Made by a program: the position numbers and the translations under genes
The notes under the pieces: generated by a model
What the model was told of the DNA's origin: nothing
What the model saw: the letters and a program-made list of their open reading frames with translations, nothing else
Databases searched by the model: none
Source: Azolla caroliniana
Lineage: Eukaryota; Plantae; Polypodiophyta
DNA: 64,000 nucleotides
Direction: 5' to 3'
Assembly (NCBI GenBank): GCA_043228905.1
Contig: JBHGNT010000005.1
Coordinates: 9,238,001-9,302,000, forward strand
In this document: in pieces, positions 38,501-53,227 of the stretch
Layout: each line of letters starts with the position of its first letter
Numbering within the stretch: the first letter of the stretch is position 1

Positions 38501-39339
38501 AACAATATAGCATTCTGCCTAAGGTGAACCATGGCATGGCAACAACTACTTGGATTGTTGAAAGGAGAGGAGGCTGGGGAAAGTTGGCATTTGCAACAAC
38601 GCCCAATCAATGATGTGCACAGCATTTTCAAACAATATTGATTACAAATAGTTTTTCACCGAATTCTTTGGTGTATTTCATGTCTTTCTTGGATCTCCCA
38701 TCCAACCATTCAAACCTTATATTTGTATGGGTGCATGTTGTACATGAAATAATTCGATCATAAATTCTTATCGCATTACCATTCATGCACATATATTATG
38801 ATAGATAAAGCTATGAGATAGTGAATGAGGACATTGACCATGGCATAACATCAAAATAAACAAATTTATCTCTTGCATTTAAACTTGAGAAACAAATTTG
38901 AAGTTTCAAAGTCAAACTTTCAGATAAAGTCAATAAACCTAAGACATAGGTAATCATAATATTTATTTATTTATAATGTTTTCTGAGCCCATGGCATGCG
39001 ACAATCCTATAACTATTATATTCAGTTTGACCAATTCAATATCAAACTGCACAGCAGTTGTGTAGGTTGTGTAACAGGCGGATTTTGCTACATCAAATGG
39101 AATGACTCCGGGATACATTAGGTATCCATCTTTTCTTTAGAAAATTTGTTAGCTTGCATCAGTGTAATGTCAGACAGAGGCTGTTTACCAAAGGAAAACA
39201 ATGGGTTTTCTGACACTTTGATATGAAGAGCAATGAACTCACCTCTTTTGGTTGTTAATATGTTTGACGGAATATGCAAATCTCACCACAAAGACATAAA
39301 TTTGCAAAATCGATCTGGCCAGTGATATAATCTATGAAA

Positions 39340-42300
39340 TCACCTCTTTTGGAAGTTAATATTCTTGATGCAATAGGCAAACACGACTACAAACCCAGCC
39401 ACAAATACAACATGTATCACAGCCACCAAGCCAAGAAAATTGGTTCGGAAACCAAAGTATTCTGTTATGTACTCACTCACAACCCTTTCACCTTTTCCAG
39501 GAACCAAGACCATATCATTGACATCACCCAATTGGGAGGAAATGATTCCATATAATGTCCAACTGACAGGTGTGGCCCAATAATACCATCTCCACCAGAT
39601 GGGAATTGCCTACAAAAGTTAATGTATTGCATGAATGTACCAAAGATATATAGAGATATTTTGCAAACTAAGAGGAGCATGTTTTGAAAATTGATCTAGA
39701 AGTTAAACTTAGTAGAAAAATGGTATATACTTACTGTGACAGGGATGAGGAAGCCGGAGAAGAGATTCCATAAGCCATAACAGGCAGATGTCACAATTGC
39801 AGCAAAATGATGATTGGGAGTTAAGGCAACACACATCATGCCATAATAAGTGAAGTAGAGGAAGCTGAAGAAAGTGAAGAAGACAAACCAGAAGAACTTT
39901 TCTGGCCTCCAGTCAAAGTGTAGCATAGAGTATAAAATAAGGACATAAACGACAGTCTGAGCAAGAGCATATGGTACCTCAATTGCAGCCTGCACAAATA
40001 AAAACTGATCCATAGTTAAAATACTGCACTGCTACAATATATGAAAAGTACATTTTTCTTGTAAAGTAAAATTCAGTTAAATCCAGGATTTAACCTGTGC
40101 AAATGCATAAGGCATTTCTGAGTACATCCCTGCTGCCCTTTCACGGTAAAAAACTGATCGCTCTACACCCACCACAGGCTGAACTGAAGATGAATTATTC
40201 ACTCCAACAAATAATACTGCAGCATACATCCCTCCCAAGATATTAAATAGGTCCTGCAATGTTCCACTACAGAAAATTTTGGAAACATGAGACTTCGGAT
40301 AAATATAATTGCTTATTATAAAACAACAAAAATTGAGCAAAACATACGTCTTTTTTCCATGGTTCCAGTAGATGGCTCCAAATATAAATGCAGTAATTGT
40401 GGTAAAGAAAAATCTGACAACGGAATAGTAAGGATTGCGCCAGTACGATAAGTGCTGCTTCCAAAGGCATGCTAGGCATTGTACCCAAAAACTCTGAGCA
40501 TATCTTGTAGGAAACTGGATTTCCTTAGTGTCTGAGGCAGGATAGCTCAATTCCTTAAGAAGTGCTTTGTTCTGTCTGTTACAAAATGTAGAAACTTAAG
40601 AATTGATGGCGATGCAAAATCATAGCTCCAACTTTAAAGTGTTTCTAGATCTTTGGCCAAGCCAAAGTCATGTGCAACTAGAAATATGGCAGTCTTTCTG
40701 ATTCATTTCATTTCCATATAAAGTGTTAAAATTGATTTCTTACTCAAACAAAGAGGAGTTCTCAAATAAATGAGCGAAGTTGACATCTAAGTGTGCCTCC
40801 ATCGGCTCAGAGCTTATCTCCAACATCCAAGTGGCCGGATTATATCCATCCTTAATCTTGGGTACACCAGGAATATTCTGAAATGATTTAAGCCAAGAAA
40901 ATAAATAGACGGATTCGGAGCTTGTAAAGCCTGTGGAGTAACGTACTGGAATTAAGAAATACCTCAAAGTAATGGATAAGATTTTGAGAGTGATGTCCAA
41001 GAGGGCCACTATATATTACTTGACCGCCTCTTTTCATAAGAAGCAGCTGAATAAATGTGGTTACCATTAGTAAGATGTGTTTCAAAAGAACCCCTGCTCA
41101 TTTAATCAATTTTCTATTGTTTACCTCATCAAATGCTTCAAAAATATTAATGCTAGGCTGATGGATGGTGCAAACTACTGTTCGTCCTGTATTTACAGTA
41201 TTACGAACTGTTCGCATCACAATTGCTGCAGCTCTTGCATCTAATCCAGAAGTGGGCTCATCCATGAAGATAATAGACGGATTTGCAACAAGCTCAACTG
41301 CAATTGTAAGTCTCTTCCTCTGCTCAGTTGACAACCCATTAATACCTGATTGCCCAACAATAGCATCCTTTATAGCTGATAATTCAACAAGGTCCATCAC
41401 CTCATCTACAAAGATCTGCTAACCAACAAAATGTTGCTGAGATTGTTGCCATTTGTAATTCATCATTGGAATAGCACACAATACCTTTCTTGTTTGGCTT
41501 TCCACTTCCCGAGCTAAACGAAGCCATGCTGAATACATAAGTGACTCTTCGACAGTTACATTTGGAGAGTGTATGTCATTTTGTTCACAATAACCTGAAA
41601 TTCTAGTAAATGTCTCCTGTTTCTTGGGATAACCAGATATACTAATAGTTCCCTCAATGTAACCTCCAGTTTTTCTCCCAGCTAGAACATCCATGAGAGT
41701 TGTCTTTCCAGCACCACTGATACCAACCAAAGCTGTAAGAATGCCAGGTCTAAATGCCCCACATACATTTCGAAGAAGCTGCAACCTATCTTCATTTACT
41801 CCATGTTTTTTCATCTCCTGCAAAGACGTCCCATAGTTACTTCTCAATAGGAAACTACAGAGAAAAATATGTGAGTTCCAGAATTCACGTAACTTACAGT
41901 AGGCATATCAACATAATAGTTTATGTTTTCAAATGCCATTGAAAGCTGTTGAAATGGCAATATCATTCCCTTCTGTGATGCAGCATTTTCTGGTTCATGG
42001 ATGGCATTATCGTGTCTCAAATCAACTTCTAATGATTCAACTACTATACTCAAGCTGGATTCTTTTATTCTAACGCCATTTCCTGTTTCTAACCGTTTCA
42101 GCATTCAAACCATGGCTGGCAGATTCACAAGTTTGCTTATGATTAAGAAATAATTACCTTGTGACAAATCTAGTGGAAGCTGTGTCTTCTTATTGACTTT
42201 AACTTCTCCAATCCAGTTAGCATACTTTTCTTCTAATGCTTCTTCGGAAAGTAATGGATGTCGGTTATCAAGTGCTGCAAGTTATGCAAACCCATGTCCT

Positions 42301-45300
42301 TTACTGAATTAAACCCATGTCGATGCATATTCATAAGTTATGGGGGGTTATTTTTATTAGGAAGTGTGTACAGGTCCAAATTAACAGAACTACACTAATA
42401 TGTATTATGTGGACTAAAAGTCAAAGGGAATCTTACGATTGAGGTAAATCAAAGCTAATGTAAATAGCAGGTGAAAAAATACTATGTATCCACAGAGTGC
42501 TCCAATACCAATCCAGTACCAATATGACACTGTGAACATTCCTCTTGATTTTAAGACAGTTTGGCCAACCGTGCTAGCATTAATACGAGGGTCGGGATTG
42601 GGCTGCAAACATCAATCGAGTGAAAGAATATTGCATCAGGTAAGATTGGATGGCAATTCCCCATGTTTCCTATAATATATATGTATTACTCACAGTAGCC
42701 CATCGAGGTGCAAGAAATTCATTTACGGCCATGGCATTCTGGCCATATGTCAGTGGTGAGCTCCAGAATCCCCAGATGCACCAAACTGGAATGTTATCTG
42801 GCAAAAACTCATCATACTCTTAGATGAATTCTGTTCATAAGTATCAAATTTCAGTACAGAGGATGTCTCAAGTATCACACCTCTTGAGACAACAAAACCG
42901 CCGCAGACAAATACTACGACCAGTATGAAAGTGCCAAAAGTGCTGGACACAACCATATCTCTGCTCACTGCAGCAATTGTACGGAATAACCCTAATGCCA
43001 TTTGATGAATAAGGAAAAGCACCAAGAATTGGCGGAAAAATCTGAGAATGCATCCGCAAAACAATGAATTAGGAAAATAGACTTGCATGACAGCAAGGTC
43101 AATCATAATAACAAATCATATAGAAGCTTATAATGTGAATGGAAGAATTTAGGATTATTAAACATCTGGGACAGTTGACCGCTGGTCACAAAAATAAAAC
43201 TCTGAAGACAATCTGCACCATGCCTGATCCAAGTGGGGTGTACTTAAAGACAGATATATGTTTTTCTATAAACATGTGTGGGTGTATGCATGCCAGGGAG
43301 AGAGAGATTAACGTCTTTTAAGAGACCAAAACGGAATATAAGACCAAACAAGTGATTACATCTTAACTGATGTCTCGTCTTAGAGAGCAACAAATCAAAA
43401 TAAATGTTGATTAGTAAAAAAAAGTAAATCAAACAAAAACAGACTAAAGAATCTTGTTATCGGTACATGTGAGATTCTCAAGTCAAATATATTGTAATTT
43501 GTCTTCGAAAGATCTCTAGGATAGGTCAATCCAGAATAGACAGATCTCCAAAGCGAGGGAAGCACCTGCAATGGTGGGAGATAATGGCCTTTAGCAGTTG
43601 ATGACAAGGATGGTGAGATCATAGTACATGTGCCAGGGCCTACGTGCATGACAAATTGTTATTGCCTGATCTATTGTAACCCATTTGTTATGTCCTGGTG
43701 TTGCCCTTGATTGACTTGTAGCATGAGTAGGAGTATGGGGTTGAAGAAAGTTGTGATTGTTCTTTTTTTATGAGCTTGTGTGACTGTACTGTTGTCCTTC
43801 AACAACTTGTGATTGTTCTCTGCGGCCCTTAATAGACTTGTAGCACGAGGAGTGGTCGGGCTAAAGAAAATTGTGATGGGGTTCTAGAGAGTGAGTGAGT
43901 GAGTGATATAAATGTGCCCAAGCAAATGAGAATGCCAGATGGGTGATTACCTTTCAGCATCAGGAGCAAAACCAATACCATAATAAGTCAAAATGACCCA
44001 AATACCAGACTCCAGGAGTGACAAAGGAATCCTCATCACTAATGTTGGCAATGAAAATGCCCAGGCTGGATACATCAGCATATCTCTTTGTTTGTAGAAA
44101 ATAGGAAGCCGAAAAACTGTCAGAGATAACTCCACAAAACCATTGAACAGGACATTACAAATTGCGAAAAATATTGCTCCAAGGTAGATATTTCCATCAT
44201 TAATAGTATTGTGGTGAAGTGTAGTTCTAAGAAAAACGGTCATTGTGACCATTGCCATGAAAGAAATCTGTTCATAAATAATAAATGTAAATCAGGATAC
44301 TACAGTAAGACACTCACTTGTAACATTTAGAGATGGCTTTAAAAGTAAGATATCTTCTTACCTGCAAAGTTTTGAAAATGTACAAAAATGAATTGCGTTT
44401 CATAAGTAGCCACTCCCTTGAAAAACAAGCAGCCAGCAGTCCCCATCGACTTAAACCATACTTTTCCTTTGCAAGCAATGCTGGATGGTTCCTTGATTTA
44501 TCATATGGAACTGAAAGTTCCAGTGAAACCCTCTGTCCCAGATGAAATTTGCTGAAGGATTGTGCAAATTCAAACACTGGTATGTATCGATATGGTTTGT
44601 TATCTGCCCAATATTGTTGTTGATCTTTCCTTGAGGTGACCTATGTAAAGGGTATATTTATGCACTTGAAGTTAACGTGATATAAAGATCTTCCTAGGAT
44701 AACTATGCCTCTGATTATCAGATTGCTTTATCTTGTACAATCATTAAATGAGTTCGCTATATGAGACCTCGAAGATGGGGAATCTTACCTCTTGCAAAAA
44801 ATCAGCAACTCCTTTTCTTTCTGGACATTTAAAACCCATGAATTCAAAGAAGTCCAGCACTGATTCTCGAGGTCCTTGATACAGAATCTGACCTTCAGAA
44901 AGTAATATGATATCATCAAAGAGTTCAAATGTTTCTGGAGCAGGTTGAAGCAAGGAAATAAACATCGTTGTATCCATTACATGTACACTTTGTTGTAAGC
45001 AATTCAAAATCTGGTATGTCGTAGAACTATCGAGCCCAGTAGAAATTTCATCCATAAAAAAGACTTTTGAGGGTCCTACTAGCATCTCACCTGTGAAATT
45101 GAAAGCAGCATTTGCATGAGAGAAAGAAAGAAAGATATAGTAACATCTTTTAAGAGGCCAAAATGGCCTATAAGACCAAACAAGAGATTACATTTTAAGT
45201 GTTGTCTCGTCTTTGAGAACAAAAATCCAATATACAATAAATGTCCATTGGAGGCCAAGCTCGAGATATGGGATAAGCAAGTACGAAATTTGTGTACGTT

Positions 45301-48300
45301 CAACCATGTCATTAGCACATATTCATAAAAAAGGAATACAAAGTGGAGACTGGTTTCTTGTCTCTGACAATGTGATGAAGTAGTTTGAGCTTTGGCCCCA
45401 AACTGCAGTTCAATGAGGATTGAACCTATACTCAATGACGGTGACAAAATCTGCCATCTACTTGAACAACAAGTTTCTAAAAATGTTTAGAAACTATGAA
45501 GCGCACATTCCTAGGGGCATTTGAAGGGCAACAAAGTACAGTATCAGAACAATAAAATGGAATGAGAAATATATTTGAACCCTTCCCTATGTGCTAACAA
45601 TAAAGAAGGGATGGATACCATGAAAGCACCCCACGATAATGAGACAAAAAGAACCCATACCAGTAGTCACCCTTTTCTTTTGGCCTCCAGAAATTCCTCT
45701 AACCATCTCATTCCCAACTAATATGTCTGCACACATATCAAGACCTAAAATCTGCAGAATCGACCTGAAGTTAAAAATGACTCCGTCCAAAGTCCATGTG
45801 CAAGAAGATTAGGTAAGGATGGTTGGCTACCTTCATTATATAATCTGTCAAAAGACTTGACTCCGCACCTTGAATAGCAATGCCCTACACCAAAATGCAA
45901 CGTTTGAAAATCATAAATAGAAATGATAATGCTAAAAACTTTAGAAGCAAAAAAAAAACAACTTTGAAGTTGCCATACTTTCATAAACATGTCTATATCA
46001 GGATCTGGATTTATGCCAGCCTCCTTTTCTCTTTGCAACAACTGCATCAACATTTCTACATGACACAAAGAAAAACATAACTAGTTTGAACAGAAAATGG
46101 AATGCACTTGTTTGAATCATAATATTCGAGAAAATGTTTAAGTTATTGAATCTAGAATAAAGTTAATGAGATTCCATGTTTGTGCTAACACCATATCTTG
46201 ACCCAGATCCTTGACATCTACTACAAAATTCTAGTGTCTCTCGAACAGTCATTTCTCCTATCTGCAAATCATTTTGACTAATATATGCTGCTGTTCTCTG
46301 AGGTACGAATTCCCTCAATTCACATCCATTATAGGTGATCCGACCTGATACCTGGACAGAATGTAAAAGCTAGTTTAAATATTGTTGCACACATCTCCAT
46401 CTCCATCTCCAAAATAATGAATGGTAGGATTGAATATTTGCGCTAGTCACCCTCAAATCAGAGTCGGCCTTCCCAGCAAGGGCCAACAGGAGAGTTGTTT
46501 TTCCTGATCCAGGAGGGCCGAGAAGTAAAGTCATGCTGGAAAAATGATCCTGAGAGACATTAAATACAGTCGAGAGTGTGTATATAGCATAGAATAAACT
46601 CACATCTGAATGGATTGTCTAAAGAAGAGAATATACAAACCGTGATGGCTTGATGATGCCACTTATATCATGAAGAATTGTGAAGTTTTGATTCCGAGAT
46701 GGTGCTACATGAAGATAATCGAATATACCCTGTTTTGTTTGATTCAAATTGAATGTTGATCTTGGAGTTCACAATAAGACTACGTATATGGATTGAATTT
46801 CGGAAGATACCTTGATGGTATTTAAAGTGAAATTTAGAAGTGTAGGGATGGCTCTTTTGCCGACATAAATATCTGCACCAATGTTGAGATTTTCGAATCT
46901 GACTTCAATTTTGGGAATATCTATTCCAACTCTAGAATGTGAACAATCGTTGTAAAGAAATGTCAGAATCAATATCCTTCTCTTAATATCAGCTAAATAT
47001 TTTGATGCTTAAGCACTTGAAATTACTAGGGAGAGAGAGGGAGAGAGTGTGTGTGCACGTGTTTGCATACAAAAACATATACATGCAAAACATATAGGCA
47101 CAGATATATAGTACACACATACAGATATACATACACAGATACAAATACATACATATATAACATAGATCAGATACATACACATACGGGCATATATCTACAC
47201 ACACATACATGTGCATGCAAGTACATATGGTCATACATATACATACATACACACCCATGAGCACATGGACATATGCATGCATTCATACATGAACAAATGC
47301 ATACATCCAGACATGGATACACGTGAATATATTCCGACATGCATACATAGGCATATGTACTCGTGTGTGCATGTCTAGACACATACATCCCACACACTTA
47401 TGCACAGATGCATAAATAGACATTTACGTACACATATGTACATGAATACATTCTTACACGTACACAGTTAAGTACATAAACTTACATGCATATATACACA
47501 AGCATATACATATACATACCTACACACACATATATGCAAGTGAACTCGTCATATCACTTGATAATGATACTTAAAAATTTCATATATTTTCACCTTAATT
47601 TCTCATATTTATACACAGGCTCGAGTCCATATGTTCACCTTAATTACTCATTGAAAAAAGAAAAATCAATCGAATTGCATAAAGAAACAAAGACGATGTT
47701 TGCAGCTGAAAAGTACATATACATAATTACTTATATCAATACATATCCAATACATGCATATAAATATATCCAAATATACACATTAAATGTACACTTATAC
47801 ACTTCACATACATACATTGCATTCACATACATGTACATATAAATGCATGCATACATGTACTTACAATAGATATATGTATGCATATACACTCTCATGAATA
47901 TAAATATATAAAAACATGCAAACACAGACACAGAAACATATAGATATGCATATGAGTATACTTTTTCCGTCAATGAATGAATGAATGAAGCAAAACGTAA
48001 TAACTTCATGTTGGTTAATGACACAACTTGGGTAACTTTATGGTGGTTAATGACACAACTTGGGGTGGCACAAAACATATCGCATTCATATGACATGATT
48101 TGTCCCACAAATAACCAGTAATCATTTGACTAATCTAATATATTCATTAGCTAATGAGGAGTTGAAACTTTACTTGTCGATCCTTTCACGGAGCTTGAGG
48201 AGGAGCTGTTCATTGTCTTCTTGAGGAAGTGGTAGGATCCTCTGAAGTAGAGCATGTTTATAATCGAAGTCCATGTTCTTAACCTCTATTGTAACCTGAT

Positions 48301-48592
48301 CTTCGGAGGGTACTGGGAATAGTTTCGATTCTATATGATTCTGATCCTTTGAGGAAGAAGCGTGAGTAAAGATACCTTGAAGCTTAAATGATTCATCATC
48401 ATCATCACCATCACCTTGATCACGACCTCCATCACCATGAATATGGTGACGGCGAATGATATCGACTTCTGCGCCTGCGTATTGATTGACGCTGAATATT
48501 CTGCGGCTGCTACTGGAGGTAGCTCTGTCAGGAGAGGAGCTTGATATAGAGGAATGCAGCATCGACGAAGAAGATGATGATGATGCTGCCAT
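39340..48592 (-). CDS. Full-size ABCG / pleiotropic drug resistance (PDR) transporter, about 21 exons
   Basis: NBD1 [41 protein letters not shown]; NBD2 [42 protein letters not shown]; [18 protein letters not shown]; terminal INFQKR*. Exons are in the expected order with GT-AG introns. The start ATG at 48592 is inferred. Confidence 0.92.
47040..47960. repeat. Degenerate (CA/TA)n microsatellite tract in intron 1 of the ABCG gene
   Basis: About 0.9 kb of alternating purine-pyrimidine catacatatacac-type low-complexity sequence, with a short interruption near 47550-47710. Confidence 0.8.
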
Positions 48593-49214
48593 GGCTTCTT
48601 CTTCTTCTTCTTCTTCGTCTTCGTCGTCTCTGCGTAAAAACAAGCCACCTTCGTTTTGTTTGCAAGTTCTGTTTACCGGCCATCGCCGGTTGATATTTCA
48701 AGAAACAAAAACAAAATCCAAAAAAATGGAAAATAATATAAATATAAAAAACTCGCGTTTTGTGCATTTTCGTGTTTCCCTGCTTTTTGCTTTTTTATGC
48801 TTTTGCTTTCTTATCCATCTTGTGTTTAGCTTCAACTCACTTACCTTTGTTTACAATTCCAAGACAATAATTTGGTGCTCAATTTCCAATGTGTTGGCCA
48901 AAACGACGATTATGAAACACTTTGTAACCATTTACATACATATTAGTTGGCCTACGCTACTTTCATTAATCGATCGAAACCAATGGATTGTCATTTAATT
49001 AAGTCCATTGTCCAAATCTTGATACCTTGATCATACATGATTATGCTTTTGTACTTTCAAATGGCATTGATAATAGACGAATTTAAAAAGAAGAAAAATC
49101 ACTAGCTTTCTTTGTTAATTATGCGAATATAACTTTGGTACGAGATGAGCCTTAAATATTTACGAGGTATATTATAATGATTGTTTTGTATTTAACTTTA
49201 TTACTACGAGTAAG

Positions 49215-49929
49215 TGTTAGGATTGTGACCGGCCACAATCGGTTTCTCGTATGTATCTTCGGGTGCAAAGAATCGAGTAAGATAGTGCATGGATAGAAAA
49301 ACGAAAAGAGACAAGTATTTTTAACATAGAAACCCGAAAGGGAAAAACCACGTGGAGTCCACAAACTCCAAAACATAATCATTATCAGGCCTGGAAGGAG
49401 TATAACGAGAAGCTCCAAGGCAACGACCTTAAGCTCTCCTTCGTCAGACAGACAGTTGTAGAGTTACTCACTCTCTAACTCTCACTCTCTCTCTCTCTCT
49501 TACACAGTTACAATTACACAGTTACAAAGCCAACGACCTCGAGAGTAACTATACAACTATAGTCAACTACACTTGATTCGCACTCATAAGGTTTAAACTA
49601 GTTGTATTTATACTAATACAACTTTCAGGGCTATTGACAATATACATAGTCCCAATGGGTTGTTGAGAATCAAACTCAATTTCCCGTGTGTGGGAACACA
49701 CTCTAGGACACTCAAGTGTGTGAACACCCCACCTCTTTGTATAGTAACTAGTGTGTCATAGAAGTTAATGTTCTATGACACATATTCTTTAAGTAGTTAA
49801 GACACGACCTCTTTCTCAAGAGGCGGTACTAGTGAGAGAACTTAGAGAGAAGGTGACTACATAAGCACCTTCTCCTTCTCTTTGTATGTGGTTGGTCATT
49901 CTTGTCTCCTTGTTAATACGGTTTTCTGT

Positions 49930-49980
<51 letters not shown>

Positions 49981-50168
49981 CACACACACACATAGAGTTC
50001 TTCCGTTGCACAGAATCCTCACCGATTCTTTACATGGGCACATTCAGACAATTTACAAATATAGCCTCCTGAATCGGCTATTAAATCAATTATTCGATTT
50101 TTTATTTCGGTCGAGGCCCATCCAATTTAACTGTTGCTCTTCCCATCCAAAGGGACCTATTACCAATA
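49215..50168 (-). mobile_element. Solo LTR with TSD GTAAG, containing a nested second solo LTR
   Basis: Starts TGTTAGG, ends CCAATA (CA mutated); GTAAG at 49210-49214 and 50169-50173. Shares the GGGAAAA(A)CCACG motif with LTRs 7543-8227 and 51307-51954. Confidence 0.7.
49661..50034 (+). mobile_element. Solo LTR of the element A family
   Basis: TGTTGAGAATCAAACTCAA...TTCTTTACA, collinear with LTR 5911-6284; flanks TGGGT/TGGGC (TSD with one mismatch); no internal domain follows. Confidence 0.88.
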
Positions 50169-51185
50169 GTAAGTAACATACGAAATAGGATTATCAATTG
50201 ATCCATTAAGTAAATTATCGAAGGGATTAGTGTGTGACAAGTGATTAAGAATTAATACAGAGGCTCAAGTAGGATAAGCGAAGGAGTGTTATGCCATGGT
50301 AAGTGGTTGGTTCTCGTGTGACCCCAAGGAGTTTTTCAATGTCATCATGTTAATGAAGGTTTAGGTAAACCCCCAAACCGAACCAAACAATTTAAACCCT
50401 TAAGCCAAGTTTTGCAGTTTCGTTCGAACCTTGCTAATTGTTAATTCCAAGCCAACCAATAGGGGCCCACCTTTACCATCCAAACCCTTTCACCTTACTC
50501 TCACACCAATATTCACCCCACTCTTCCTAATTAATCTCACCCTCTCTCTCACCTCTTCTCTACCCCTCGACATCCCTCCACTCAACTTGCACCACACTCC
50601 ACTTCATGCATTGTTTGGATGTTAAGCAATTGTCCTCCAATCCATTTACTCACCTTCCAACAACATGGGCATAGACATCAAGATTTGTACATGTTCGCAA
50701 GTAGACAATTATATATTACCGTCTTATGAATGCATCCTTAAATTCCTCGCATGGAAAATGATATTTCTGAAAACTTCTTGGAGATCTTCACCATAGTTTG
50801 GCTCAATTATATTCTCAATTCTTTGAAATCTAAAGATCAAGAACATGATGCCCCATGTTTGTCAAGTTTTGTGACATTAGCAAAAATATGTCCTTTATGC
50901 CAAACTCTAGAAATGCAAATTCAATCATAACCAATTGGAATGTTTGGTAAAAATAATTTCATTAGAGGGCACCTCAATGGATCCAATGAAGATCCAAACA
51001 AGTACCACTTAGAAGGCTAGAAAAATGAAATATTGATCACAACCAAGTGGATTTTTTGGTAAATACAATCTTGTTGGTGAATCCAATGAAGTTCTAGGGC
51101 ATATTAAAGAATGAATTTTTGGCTACAACCATTTGGACATTTGGCTAATATAGTGTCATCTGAGGGTATCTCTACGGTTCAATGA

Positions 51186-52900
51186 TGTAAAGAATTCTAA
51201 CTCTCAAAGAGTCAAGGTGTGCAAAAGTGTAATGTGTGTGTGAGAGTGGTTTAATGATGTAAAGAATTCTAACTCTCAAAGAGTGAGGGTGTGCAAAAGT
51301 GTAATGTGTTAGGAAACAGGTCCCTTCGGATGGGAAGTGAGAAGAACAGTGCTGATGAGAAACTCGGCCGAGGCTGAAACTGGATGTAGAGTACCCGGCT
51401 ACGGAAGACCTGGTGAGAACCGGATGTGGTGTACCCAGCAAGCTCCGGATGACGAGTGCCCGGCAAGCGCCGGATGATGCAGGCCCGGTGAGGAGTGCTC
51501 ACCGGATGAAGGGACATATTCGTAAATATGTTTCTGAGAGTCCATCGGGGCTATATTTGTAAATAGCCGAAAAGACATATTAGTATAAATATGACTTAGG
51601 GCAAACTCAGAGAGATGTAGCTGTCATTCTTGTTGGTGCAAGAATAGAGAGCGCGTAACAGTGTACACACACACACACACACAGGTCGTTGCCTTTGTTG
51701 TAACCGCCGCCTGTGGCGAAGATCGTGAGCACGAGGTCGTTGCCTCCGTGAGCTCACTGTTGTAATCATTGTGATATAGTGATAGTTTGGAGTCTGTGGA
51801 CTCCCGTGGTTTTTCCCTCTTAGGGTTTTCCACATTAAACATCCTGTGTACTCTTCTCTCATTTGTGTCGTGCGTTTCATTTCCCGTTTTCTGTGTTCGA
51901 TTTTAGACTTGGTTGTGGTCGAGTGTTGTGCAAAGGGAGTGTGTGTCCCTATCATAATGTGTGTGTGAGAGTGGGTGTGTGAGCAAGAGAAGGAATCAAA
52001 GAAAACAACCTGAAATAATAAAATGCACCGAAGGGGGGGTGATACAATATATGCACTGAAGAGAACTATATTAATCAACGAAAAAACATTACTTGAACAC
52101 AACCAGCCAAGTAGGTTTATATACAAGTCCTTAAGTGTGATATTAAATGTGGTTGGTGGAGTCTATCCATAGACATCCACTCGTGTATGATTCTGTGTCC
52201 TGTCATAAGAATATCTAATATTCTTTGACAACATTACACTTAACAACTAACTAGATATCGCAATCTAGTTAGGCTTTATTTAACTAGATAGTTCACACGG
52301 ATTACAATAAAGTGTGTGCATGCACTTTATTTCACACACCATGCTTTTATCCATAAGCGCATGTTTACACGAGCTAAACTTGATTCTCAACATGCCCTCT
52401 CAAGGTCAATTGTGTGTCCTCTTAAGCTTGGTTCTACTAGTGTAGTTGAAGACTCGAGTTGTTCGAATTGTTGAATTGTGGTTTTCATATTGTTTGGAAT
52501 ATGTACTCGATCCTGACTAGTCAAAGTCGATCTTGTTGATCCAAAAAATGTTCACAAAAATCCTAAGTTATTAGGGGTTTTCATCAAGCTTATGCAATCA
52601 AGATTTTTCTTCAGGTACTAAAGTTGTGTTGCTTTGACCCCATCTCCTTTGCCCTTTACCTCGTCATGAGGGTCAATTCACGGCGGGGCTTATCTTTGAC
52701 TTCAAAATTTCGGGCTTCAAAAAGTCTTCCTCCAATGTGTTGGATCAAGTCAGATTAGATTTATCGAGCTAACTTTGTGAATGCCAATCTCACTCTTCCT
52801 TTATCTTGGGTGTTGATTCTCCATATGTTCCTTGGTCTCGGACCTCGGTCTCATTGCTCGTTTGTGTACATGTACTCTCCCCAAGCTCTACATATCGAGT
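51186..52900 (-). mobile_element. Decayed Copia-type 3' LTR (about 51186/51258-52392) with PPT and internal remnant, interrupted by a solo LTR
   Basis: Minus strand reads TTGAGAGGGCA then TGTTGAGAATCAAG, like LTRs of the A/C family; the far end is ...TTCTTTACA, tandemly duplicated. The internal boundary is approximate. Confidence 0.65.
51307..51954 (+). mobile_element. Solo LTR with TSD TAATG
   Basis: TGTTAGG...CCTATCA flanked by TAATG at 51302-51306 and 51955-51959; TATA box near 51584. Confidence 0.85.
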
Positions 52901-53227
52901 GGTCTAAGGACTAGATCCACTGAGAATTGTCATGACTTATCGAGACCTAACGACTTTGTGACAATATCTAGTTGGTGACAAATTGGTTGAGGTCAATGAC
53001 TTTGGCCAATATTTGCCCATGGATATAATGATAGTGCACCTTGATGTGCTAAGTTCAAGCATGAAACACCATATTCTTTGCAGATGGATATTGTTGAGAT
53101 TGGCTCATTGACCAATCCGTAGTGGATTGGTATTGGCTTGTTGACCAATTTGTTGAATTCTTTCAACAGACTTTTAAGTCATATGGCTTAGCATAAATTA
53201 CTAGAACTATGCTAGATACTCCCCTCA

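Noticed and set aside
35520-38900. Possible ancient transposase remnants between IRX10 and ABCG
   Set aside because: No motif, TIR or TSD could be identified by eye.
46989-48108. Cys/Tyr/Met/His-rich ORFs
   Set aside because: Translations of intronic CA/TA microsatellite.
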